Shown here piece by piece: positions 35,682-43,984 of a stretch of 64,000 bases of DNA (positions within the stretch are counted from its first letter, which is position 1; each line of letters begins with the position of its first letter). Source of the stretch: Candidatus Woesearchaeota archaeon (lineage in GTDB: Archaea > Nanobdellota > Nanobdellia > Pacearchaeales > GW2011-AR1); NCBI GenBank assembly GCA_964363345.1, contig CAYIHY010000002.1, positions 761 through 64,760 of the forward strand, written 5' to 3'. The notes below the pieces were generated by a model, which saw only the letters and a program-made list of their open reading frames with translations, made no database searches and was not told the origin of the DNA. A program made the translations under genes and the position numbers.

Positions 35682-38225
35682 TTAAACTATTTTCTTCCCT
35701 GAATATTTCTTTAAAGCATAACCTACTTGCTCATAATTCCATCCTGCTTTCCTGAGTTTCGACGCAATTTCTCTCTCTTTAAGTCCTTTCTTTTTTTCAC
35801 CGTCGATATAATTAAGAAGATTGTAAAGATTATTTCTGTTCTTGAATAAATAATTTTCATATTTTCTTTTGTACCATAATTTTATCAGCACCCATACAAT
35901 TAACCACACAATAATGATAATTAATGCAATAATTACAAATATAATCCATTTATTCAATCCTTTTTGGAATGAGGGAACATTCCCATTTAATGACAAATCA
36001 CTTATCTTTGGAGAGATAAATAAAGGAAGAGTGATAAAATCAACATCGTCTGTTGTTGAAAAAATAATATGAGTTCCCTGGTCGCTTAACCGAGTATATT
36101 TATATCCATCTTCCTGAGTCAATGAGTAATCTTGATCAAGAAGCAAATTATTCATATCTTTAACTATAAGGTAAGGACTATTGCTGTCTTTTTTTGTAAT
36201 TGTCATATCAAATATTTTTAATAACGGAGTTTCATAATCTTCGTAGATTGCAGAAGTTTCTGAATAAGTTACCTTGGTGTCAAGATTTTCGTCACCCCAC
36301 ACAAGTATCGCATTCCTATACGCATCTTCGTTAGCAGTATCATAATTTTCTTGTGTAATCTGTGTTAACGAATTCAAATCAATATTCTCTTTTTGAGGAT
36401 AATAAATTAAATCGCTGCTTGATGCAGTTTTTATAAGTAATTTTGGAATGCTTACATTTAATATTTCGCCCAGCATAATTTCATAATCTGATTCGGTAGT
36501 TGTGTCAGAAATACTATCCTGCAAATCCAAAACCATTTTTTTGGAGTCGTCAAGTTTTAATAAATCATTGATGCTTTTTTGTTCAAAAGCAGAAAAGCCA
36601 AGAATCTGAATTTTTAAGTTATCAATATTGTCATTCATATCCTGCAAAAGGACAGGAACAATTTCAGAAGCAGGAGAAACTTTTACAATAAATGTTTTTG
36701 AAGAACTTCTATTCTGAGCATCAACTGCGCTTACAGTCAATTCATAATCTCCGATGGTGCGGTAAGCATAAACAACTTGTTTTGTTGTGGTTGTTGCATT
36801 ATTTCCATCGCCAAAACTCCAGTGATATAAACTTATATTTTTGGTTGAATTAATTCCAATAACAAATTTAGTCGGATAAGTAATCGCAGTTTTTAAGGGA
36901 GTTAAATATTGAATTATCGGTGCAGATTCAATTCTTATTCTTTCTGAAAATAATTTAATATCATCTAAGCTTAAAGAGTAAGTGTAATTTCCTAAACTAT
37001 TTGGAACTGAAAATCCCGCTTCATTTAAATTTAATTTTTGAAATGGAGAATTTATTTTTGCAGGCATTTCTGTAAAACCATAAAGATTTGTTTCTGTAGC
37101 CGATATTTCTGCAGTATAAGAAAATGACGGCTCAGTTAAATCTATTTTTTGATTCGCAATTCCCGAAATAAATTTTATTGGGATTACGCATCCCTTCGTG
37201 CAGTCATTTCCATATCTTACCGAGAGATAATCCTTTATTTCTTTAAGGATAATTGCATCATTAAAAGTGATTACTCCTATAGGGGCATATTTTTTTGTCT
37301 TTGCGAAAATATTAAAATCTTCACTATAACTTCCAGGATAAATTCCAGAAAACCCGCACGGATTATTTTGTTCATAAGCTATTTTATATTTTCTTGCATC
37401 TACAGCAGGATTTGTGGGTTTTATGCACACAAAATAATCTCCACCATTAACATAGAAGTTAGGAGGAACGCATCCAATTTCCCCTTCTCCAGAAGCCAGC
37501 ACAGAACATGTTTTCTTTAATACTCCGCTTGTATCTTCAATGCTCATTGTAAAGGGAATATCTGTTGCAGTTCCAATAACCTTCGCACGGATATTTACCG
37601 CAGGGGCTTCAGAAAGAGTTATTTTTTCGCAATAAGGTATAGATGCAAGATCTGCCAAAGAATTTGAATCCGAATCGAAATAACATCCATATTGAACATC
37701 ATTGAAATTTTCTGAGGGAATATTTGATTTCCATTCTATATTTCCATCGCTTAAAAAATCAACAGTCAAAGGAAGAGTGGATGTCTCAGCGTTATCGCCT
37801 GTTAATTTAAGAGAAAAAGAGTCTACACTTACTACTGATTTTGTAGAAGTTATTTTAAATCCAAAAATTGATGATTCCCCCGCATTTAAAACTACACTCT
37901 TTGATAGTTCTCCTGTTCCAATCGCCGAATAATCTGAACTGCAATCAAGAGGACTGCAAGTGTAACTGAATTCTGAATTTGAATTTTTGCTTATCAAATC
38001 AATTAAACTTATTTTTTTCTCTAAACTTTCAACAGAACTTTTAAAAATTGCATTTGTCGGCTCATTATTCAAGCTTATATTCACCCATCCCGTTATCACT
38101 CCACTTGGCGCATATATTTTATCAATTGAATGATTTAAGTTCCCATTTGTAAAACTAGCAGAAATAAAATTCAAGAAAAAAATTATCGCAATTAAACAAA
38201 TAATTTTTTTAAATACATTCACCAT
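35682..38225 (-). CDS. Large surface protein with a PKD domain, a C-terminal TM and a cytoplasmic AGW-x3-EQV tail
   Basis: 847 aa. N-terminal signal/anchor IICLIAIIFFLNFISA, PKD-like WSFGDGNNATTTTKQVVYAYRTIGDYELTVSAVDAQNRS, TM WIIFVIIALIIIIVWLIVWVLI, and tail KKGLKEREIASKLRKAGWNYEQVGYALKK. Confidence 0.7.
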   Translation of the reverse strand: MVNVFKKIICLIAIIFFLNFISASFTNGNLNHSIDKIYAPSGVITGWVNISLNNEPTNAIFKSSVESLEKKISLIDLISKNSNSEFSYTCSPLDCSSDYSAIGTGELSKSVVLNAGESSIFGFKITSTKSVVSVDSFSLKLTGDNAETSTLPLTVDFLSDGNIEWKSNIPSENFNDVQYGCYFDSDSNSLADLASIPYCEKITLSEAPAVNIRAKVIGTATDIPFTMSIEDTSGVLKKTCSVLASGEGEIGCVPPNFYVNGGDYFVCIKPTNPAVDARKYKIAYEQNNPCGFSGIYPGSYSEDFNIFAKTKKYAPIGVITFNDAIILKEIKDYLSVRYGNDCTKGCVIPIKFISGIANQKIDLTEPSFSYTAEISATETNLYGFTEMPAKINSPFQKLNLNEAGFSVPNSLGNYTYSLSLDDIKLFSERIRIESAPIIQYLTPLKTAITYPTKFVIGINSTKNISLYHWSFGDGNNATTTTKQVVYAYRTIGDYELTVSAVDAQNRSSSKTFIVKVSPASEIVPVLLQDMNDNIDNLKIQILGFSAFEQKSINDLLKLDDSKKMVLDLQDSISDTTTESDYEIMLGEILNVSIPKLLIKTASSSDLIYYPQKENIDLNSLTQITQENYDTANEDAYRNAILVWGDENLDTKVTYSETSAIYEDYETPLLKIFDMTITKKDSNSPYLIVKDMNNLLLDQDYSLTQEDGYKYTRLSDQGTHIIFSTTDDVDFITLPLFISPKISDLSLNGNVPSFQKGLNKWIIFVIIALIIIIVWLIVWVLIKLWYKRKYENYLFKNRNNLYNLLNYIDGEKKKGLKEREIASKLRKAGWNYEQVGYALKKYSGKKIV

Positions 38226-38282
38226 CTTTCTTATCTCTATAACTCAAAAAGTATTTATAAATATTATCCAGATGAGATTTTA

Positions 38283-38382
38283 TTTTTTGCTTACGATATT
38301 TGATGTAAAAAGAGTTAGAAAAATATTTTCTGTTTTTTGCTTACGATATTTTATCTAAAAGGAGTTAGAAAAAAATTTCCTA
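38283..38382. repeat. Tandem direct repeat, 2 x 50 bp, between the two large surface-protein genes
   Basis: Unit 1 (38283..38332) is ttttttgcttacgatatttgatgtaaaaagagttagaaaaatattttctg. Unit 2 (38333..38382) is ttttttgcttacgatattttatctaaaaggagttagaaaaaaatttccta. The first 19 nt are identical and a handful of mismatches follow. Confidence 0.85.
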
Positions 38383-41007
38383 TTTTTTTCTTAATATCTT
38401 TTTTTTGAAAATTAATCCGACGTAAATTAATGCAATTATAACAACTGAACCAATCATCCCAAGATAATCAAAGAAAGGAAGCTGAACTTGTGCAGGGCAT
38501 AAAGCAGTTATTGGTTTATCTGCTAAATGAATACACCAATCATATATTTTTCCTTTTTTTGTCGAGTCTGCCCCAGTCCATGTTCCAGTTGCAACTATTG
38601 TTTGATATCCTACTGGCTCAACATCACAATTTTTTGTAATTGATTGACTAATTTTGCATAAACCGAAAGTTAGAGGTCCTACGGAATTATAACATTTTTC
38701 GGAACGGCAAAATAAATTTCTTGAACAAGAATCTAAATCTCCGTCTTTGCAATCTGCAGATGAACATCCCTCCCCTAAATCACATTTTCCGTCATTATTT
38801 GATAGCGATTCGTCTCCAGTTGGACAAACATTTCCAAAATAACAGTAATTTCTTGAAGGCGAAGAACCTGCCTTGTGACATAATGTATAACCATAACTAC
38901 AGGTTGGGTCTACTATCGGAAGAATTGAAGAATAGCAAGTTCCAGCAGAACAAAGAAGTCCGCTCGTGCAAGTATCTTGTTTGCCTTCACAATCTGCGCA
39001 GGTACATCCCTCTTCACCAAATTCACAAACTCCATCATTGTTGCAATGAGATGATGTTCCACAATCTTTTGTTCCAACAACTGCTCCACAAACTTCTCCT
39101 GCACTATTATAAGTTAAATCTGTTGTGCCACTGCAAATAGACGATGCGGGAGGTAATGTTGGACAAACTGCGGTACATGTTTTTGTTCCAAGAACAGTTC
39201 TGCAAACCACTCCCGTACTAGTATCTAAAATATTAAATTGATCTGTACCACTGCAAACTTCATCATTTGTGGGATGAGTTGGACATCCTCCAGTTCCACA
39301 ATCTTTTGTTCCAACAACTGCTCCACAAACTTCTCCTGCACTATTATAAGTTAAATCTGTTGTGCCACTGCAAATAGACGATGCGGGAGGTAATGTTGGA
39401 CAAACTGCGGTACATGTTTTTGTTCCAAGAACAGTTCTGCAGACTACTCCGGTACTAGTATCTAAAATATCAAATTGAGCCGTACCGCTGCAAACTTCAT
39501 CATTTGTGGGATGAGTTGGACATCCTCCAGCCCCTGGACAAGTATTTCCGGGATAACAATAACTTGCTCCGCTTGTATCAAAACATAAAGTATAACCATT
39601 TCCACATCCATTAGTTGAACCGGTACATTGTGTTGTATCAAATGAACAACGTGAGTCACAACTTAATGTTCCGCCTGTAAAGACGCTATTAACATCATGG
39701 CATGTTTTTCCGCTAAGGGCTGTTCCATCACAAACTTCTCCAGTATTTATAGTTCCATCTCCGCAACTTCCGGTTGTTCCTCCTGTGCAGGCAAAAGTAT
39801 CCCATTTGCATGGATTTGAAGAAGTAGGAGAGCCACAATTTAAAGTTCCTCCTGTAAAACTATCAAAGTTACTGCAAGTTTTTCCGTCTAATCCCAAAGT
39901 AGGTTCACAATCTTCTCCGGCACTTACGATTTCATCACTGCAGGTAGGAGTAAAAGGATTAATCGGTCCAGAAGTAAATCCGCATGTGCTAGTAGTTGTA
40001 TCCCAAGCACATGCACAATTAGTATCTGAAGCAGTGCAATCAACTCCGACGCTAGTTCCCTGCTCTACAAGATTAACCGAACAAGGAGTATTTGTATTAC
40101 ATTGATTTGCATCTTTATACTTGTCACAAGTTACTATTCCCGCACAATCTGCATCTGAAGGTTTTTTAACTAATAATAAAGGATTTTCACTTGTTTTTGT
40201 TTTAGTTGTGTCAGAAACTAATGTTGCAGTAAAAGAATATGATGGATCAGCAGTTCCAAAAATTCCAGTTCCCTGCCATTCAGTTGTCCATTCCCCTTTC
40301 GCAGTGTCATCACTAAATGGAACATTTACCGGATTTGTCGTCGCAGATGGAGAAGTTGTAAATGAAACACTTTTTCCTCCGCATTCCGAACCACTTCCTT
40401 TAACTACAAGAAATGCTTTTTGTCCAGTTAATGCGCTGTCAGAAGAGCTAACAGGATTAATCCCATCTAAACTCCAAAATGCTCTATCAAGAGTACACGG
40501 ATAAGTTAATGTTCCAGAACAGCATATTTTTGTTGAGTAATCCGCGAATGCTCCAATGTGCGCGTTTGTAGTAGCAGATAGGGAAAGAACTCCGATGTTA
40601 TTTGTTGGGCAAGTGGTAGTAGAATAAGCACAACTTAAATCTCCATAACAAACATTATTTGTTGCAGAATAAATATTAGACAAAGGTTCTTCAGCATGGG
40701 CATTTATCGAAGATGAAAGTCCAATAATTTTATTTGCTCCATTACAATCAGTAACTCCATCTCCAAAACCACAGCATAAAACAGAATCATATACTGGAGT
40801 TTGTTTATTTAATTGTCCATGAGCGTTTGTCGGTGCAGAAAGCCCCATTATTACATATCCGTTTGTTATATCATTAGTGCAGTCTGCCCTTGTAGAGATG
40901 ATACATGTTCCTGCTGAAGGCACCGCAGCAAAAATTCCAGAAATTAAAAAAGAAAATATAATTAGCGCAAAAAATAATTTACCTATCACTTCTTTTTTCA
41001 TCTTCAT
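38380..41007 (-). CDS. Very large Cys/Thr/Gly-rich surface protein with a C-terminal TM anchor
   Basis: 875 aa. N-terminal signal LFFALIIFSFLISGIFAA, cysteines spread along the whole length, three LS-x-x-(T/I)-NAH modules, an internal 79-aa exact-type duplication, and a C-terminal TM plus KKKILRKK. Confidence 0.7.
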   Translation of the reverse strand: MKMKKEVIGKLFFALIIFSFLISGIFAAVPSAGTCIISTRADCTNDITNGYVIMGLSAPTNAHGQLNKQTPVYDSVLCCGFGDGVTDCNGANKIIGLSSSINAHAEEPLSNIYSATNNVCYGDLSCAYSTTTCPTNNIGVLSLSATTNAHIGAFADYSTKICCSGTLTYPCTLDRAFWSLDGINPVSSSDSALTGQKAFLVVKGSGSECGGKSVSFTTSPSATTNPVNVPFSDDTAKGEWTTEWQGTGIFGTADPSYSFTATLVSDTTKTKTSENPLLLVKKPSDADCAGIVTCDKYKDANQCNTNTPCSVNLVEQGTSVGVDCTASDTNCACAWDTTTSTCGFTSGPINPFTPTCSDEIVSAGEDCEPTLGLDGKTCSNFDSFTGGTLNCGSPTSSNPCKWDTFACTGGTTGSCGDGTINTGEVCDGTALSGKTCHDVNSVFTGGTLSCDSRCSFDTTQCTGSTNGCGNGYTLCFDTSGASYCYPGNTCPGAGGCPTHPTNDEVCSGTAQFDILDTSTGVVCRTVLGTKTCTAVCPTLPPASSICSGTTDLTYNSAGEVCGAVVGTKDCGTGGCPTHPTNDEVCSGTDQFNILDTSTGVVCRTVLGTKTCTAVCPTLPPASSICSGTTDLTYNSAGEVCGAVVGTKDCGTSSHCNNDGVCEFGEEGCTCADCEGKQDTCTSGLLCSAGTCYSSILPIVDPTCSYGYTLCHKAGSSPSRNYCYFGNVCPTGDESLSNNDGKCDLGEGCSSADCKDGDLDSCSRNLFCRSEKCYNSVGPLTFGLCKISQSITKNCDVEPVGYQTIVATGTWTGADSTKKGKIYDWCIHLADKPITALCPAQVQLPFFDYLGMIGSVVIIALIYVGLIFKKKILRKK
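39057..39530. repeat. Near-perfect in-frame tandem duplication, 2 x 237 bp, inside the Cys-rich surface protein gene
   Basis: Unit 1 (39057..39293) and unit 2 (39294..39530) differ at only about seven positions by eye. Each encodes GGCPTHPTNDEVCSGT(A/D)QF(D/N)ILDTSTGVVCRTVLGTKTCTAVCPTLPPASSICSGTTDLTYNSAGEVCGAVVGTKDCGT. Confidence 0.9.
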
Positions 41008-41140
41008 CTTAATGAAATGCGTTTTATAAATATTCTTATTTTTTTTGAATTTTATTGATTGTCACTTAGAAGAGAAAAAAATTAGTCTAAAAAATTTAAG
41101 GAAGACTGTTCAACTTATAATATTATCATAATAAATAAAA

Positions 41141-41560
41141 TTATTTTTTGATATGCCTAAGAACTAAGTCAGAGAATTCTTTAATTATCTTTATCTCTTT
41201 TATTATTTTAAAAATATCTTCTGTTTTGATTGCTCCATATCTGTGGGCAAGTTTATTTCGGGAAATAATCAAATCTTTTAATTTTGTTTCCATTGCTTTA
41301 TTTATTATTTTTTTGTTCAATAGCAGGACAAATATTTCTTTTATCTCTGTTGGATATCCCAAATGCTCCTCTTTTACAACCTCGTCGCCCAAATCAATGA
41401 TTCTATTTATAGCGGAAAAAATAAGCATAGAACTCGCATAAAAATTAAGGTCATTTTTCAAATCTTCTTGAGACTTTATTTTCATATTTTCCAATTTTTT
41501 AAGATACATTTCTATATCTTCAATAATAATCATTATTTTCTCCTTGTCATGCATTTTCAA
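41141..41560 (-). CDS. HEPN domain toxin (DUF86-like) of an MNT-HEPN pair
   Basis: 139 aa. Rx4H motif RNKLAHRYG near the C-terminus. Its start overlaps the upstream NTase gene by 14 nt. Confidence 0.75.
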   Translation of the reverse strand: MKMHDKEKIMIIIEDIEMYLKKLENMKIKSQEDLKNDLNFYASSMLIFSAINRIIDLGDEVVKEEHLGYPTEIKEIFVLLLNKKIINKAMETKLKDLIISRNKLAHRYGAIKTEDIFKIIKEIKIIKEFSDLVLRHIKK

Positions 41561-41924
41561 ATTTCTCCGTCATTCTATTTTTCATAAAAAACATAAATTC
41601 TCGGTATTCTTTTAGCGTATTTGATTTAATCTCTTCTATTTTATTTTTATTCCTAACAAACAATTCTTTTCCATCTTTGAAAACCCGGACTTTGATAAAA
41701 ATAGGCAATTCTTCAAAAAAAGAGATATCAAATTTTTCAGGACTATCCCTTAAGATTTTCTTTTTTTCATTTTCATTCAATTTTCCAATAATGCAGATAT
41801 CTATATCAGAAAGATTTCCAAAATTTTTTAGATAACTCCCAAATAAAAAAATTGAATAAACTTTTTTGTTTTTTGATAAATCTTTAACAATCTTTTTTAT
41901 CGGTTGTTCATATTTACGATCCAT
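41547..41924 (-). CDS. Minimal nucleotidyltransferase (MNT) antitoxin of an MNT-HEPN pair
   Basis: 125 aa. Pol-beta-type motif LFGSYLKNFGNLSDIDICII. Confidence 0.75.
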   Translation of the reverse strand: MDRKYEQPIKKIVKDLSKNKKVYSIFLFGSYLKNFGNLSDIDICIIGKLNENEKKKILRDSPEKFDISFFEELPIFIKVRVFKDGKELFVRNKNKIEEIKSNTLKEYREFMFFMKNRMTEKFENA

Positions 41925-42064
41925 TTTATTATAAATCTTGTTAGATTATTAAATTTATTCTTTTTTAACAAAGCCATTTAATCTCTTCAGGGAATTTATT
42001 TTCTTCCTTTTCCGCAAAAAACATTTTAAAAAATAAAAAAGGCTCTTTTAAATAGCCAATAAAA

Positions 42065-42400
42065 TTAATTTTCTGACTTTTGTTTATAAACATCTCTAAA
42101 CCATTCTTTGGGTGGATTTTTTTCTTCTAATATCAAAGAATTAAGTATATCTTGAGAAAATTCTTTTGACGATTTTGGCAAATGGCTTATTTCGATAGGG
42201 ATATCCCATCCAATATCTTCCAAAAAATTAATTGCTATTTGCATATTTTCCGAGATAAATTTGTCAGAGCTACCATAGTCTTCAAATACTTTTCTCGCCT
42301 CTGTCTTTACATCTTCCCCCTCAAGTATACGTTCATAAAGATCAATAAGATATTCTCTTAATTCTTGGATATCTAATCTAATTCCCATTTTCCTCTTCAT
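42065..42400 (-). CDS. Hypothetical acidic protein (111 aa), third gene of the unassigned cassette
   Basis: ORF only. Overlaps the upstream ORF by 23 nt (11 nt if Met5 is used). Confidence 0.45.
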   Translation of the reverse strand: MKRKMGIRLDIQELREYLIDLYERILEGEDVKTEARKVFEDYGSSDKFISENMQIAINFLEDIGWDIPIEISHLPKSSKEFSQDILNSLILEEKNPPKEWFRDVYKQKSEN

Positions 42401-42788
42401 CTGATTTATGATTTAGAATATTATTTAACATTCTTTTCCTAGCAGTCTCAAGCAAGTCCATTGCATCATACGCGGATTTTCCTCCATCTGCCATTGCAGC
42501 ATCATAACTTGAAATAAGAATTTTTCTCCTTGAATAATCCATTAAACTACTTGGTTTTGTAGTTTCTCCTTCATGTATATGTAGCTGAAAACCAGAAGCG
42601 GGAAAATCTCTTATCGTCAAATCTGTAGAAGGCTGGATTTTTATTTCGGGGATTAATCCATAACTATCTCGACCAATTAAACTCTTAAAATCTTCTTCTA
42701 ATGGTCTACTTCCAAAGCTATACATAACACTTGCGCTAAGATTTTCTAAATCTCCAGAACTAAAATAAATTTGTTCTTCTAATCTCAT
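42378..42788 (-). CDS. Hypothetical protein (136 aa), second gene of the unassigned cassette
   Basis: ORF only. Starts 1 nt after the stop of the 379-aa ORF. Confidence 0.45.
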   Translation of the reverse strand: MRLEEQIYFSSGDLENLSASVMYSFGSRPLEEDFKSLIGRDSYGLIPEIKIQPSTDLTIRDFPASGFQLHIHEGETTKPSSLMDYSRRKILISSYDAAMADGGKSAYDAMDLLETARKRMLNNILNHKSDEEENGN

Positions 42789-42789
42789 T

Positions 42790-43929
42790 CTATTCTAAAC
42801 CCCCTTTCATTTTTATACTTCCACTTTGTGAATATAATAATTCTTCTTTGGAGAGCAGTCTTTTATTTTGTTTTAAAGCGATAGCATTTTTCAAATAAGT
42901 TAAAGAATAAATTAATCCGTGAATATTCCTTCTTGAATTTTCTTCAAATTGCATAGCCCGCCTCTTTTGCTCTTCTGATTTTTCAATATTGTATCTGACT
43001 GCTTCTTCAGTAATTCTTTGAGTTTGTAATTGTTCTTTAATCCTCTCAAAATAATTTTTATCTCCTAATATAAATTCTGAATTAGTCACTAATCCAGTTA
43101 TAGAAACATCAAACATCTTAATCATTTTTTCAAAATAATCTTCTCTTTCAACTCTTACATCCAGCCATGAACAATCGGTTTCAGGTAGATTATCCGAAAC
43201 AACAAACATATCAATATCTGAAAATTCTTTTCGTGAACCATAAAGAATAACTAATTTTGCTTCTTTTAATCTTTCACCATAAATGTCATTTAACAATCTC
43301 TTTGCTCTTTCCAGAGCGGTTCTTCTTGCTAATCCAAAATTATAAAATGTTGCTAAATCTCCATAGGTTTTATTAAATGAAATAAGTTCATCAATTGAAT
43401 TTTTCCTTTCTTGATTCACAGAATCATATTTTTTTTCAAATAAATTCTTCAAATTAAATTCTTTAGAAAGAAAATATTCTGTCCAAACAGCAAATCCTTC
43501 ATATAATCCGAGATTTTCTTTTTGTAACTCCCTTAATCTTAAAAAGACTTCATTTCCTTCTCTAAATTCGTTAATTTCTTCGGAAATAAATTGTTTATCT
43601 TTGAAATATTCTTTTTCTTTTTCCAATAAACTTTTTTCTAAACCAACCAATTCTCTTCCAGCTAAATTGTGTTCACAATAAAGTCCATGTCCAAAATACT
43701 CATGAAATAGGCTTAATCTGTTTCCTGCAGGAATAATTGCAGTTTGATTTCGAGGTAAATAAATTCCAGAAGAATTTTTATCAAAATCAAATCCTTTGCA
43801 AAAAGAAGTCCATTGTTTTGGATTTAATTGTTTTAATTCCGTTTTTTCCGTAGAATAACCCAATAATTCCTTATAACTTTTATTAGCTTGAATAACTAAT
43901 TCTTGAATACCAGAAGGTTCTTCGTCCAT
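42790..43929 (-). CDS. Fusion protein: N-terminal zincin-like domain (HEYFGH ... YEGFAVW) plus a C-terminal minimal-nucleotidyltransferase-like domain
   Basis: 379 aa. LFHEYFGHGLY (HExxxH spacing) and, ~65 aa downstream, LGLYEGFAVWTEYF resemble the gluzincin His/His/Glu arrangement. VILYGSRKEFSDIDMFVVSD resembles the GS...DxD NTase motif. A helical C-terminus follows. Confidence 0.5.
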   Translation of the reverse strand: MDEEPSGIQELVIQANKSYKELLGYSTEKTELKQLNPKQWTSFCKGFDFDKNSSGIYLPRNQTAIIPAGNRLSLFHEYFGHGLYCEHNLAGRELVGLEKSLLEKEKEYFKDKQFISEEINEFREGNEVFLRLRELQKENLGLYEGFAVWTEYFLSKEFNLKNLFEKKYDSVNQERKNSIDELISFNKTYGDLATFYNFGLARRTALERAKRLLNDIYGERLKEAKLVILYGSRKEFSDIDMFVVSDNLPETDCSWLDVRVEREDYFEKMIKMFDVSITGLVTNSEFILGDKNYFERIKEQLQTQRITEEAVRYNIEKSEEQKRRAMQFEENSRRNIHGLIYSLTYLKNAIALKQNKRLLSKEELLYSQSGSIKMKGGLE

Positions 43930-43984
43930 ATAAATTTTATTCGAGTAAACTATTTAAACTTTATGTTTTGTTACTATTGTATAA

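Noticed and set aside
39057-39530. Diversity-generating retroelement template/variable repeat pair
   Set aside because: The two units are in tandem within one gene. Their few mismatches involve several base types rather than adenine-specific changes. No reverse transcriptase gene is present in the window.
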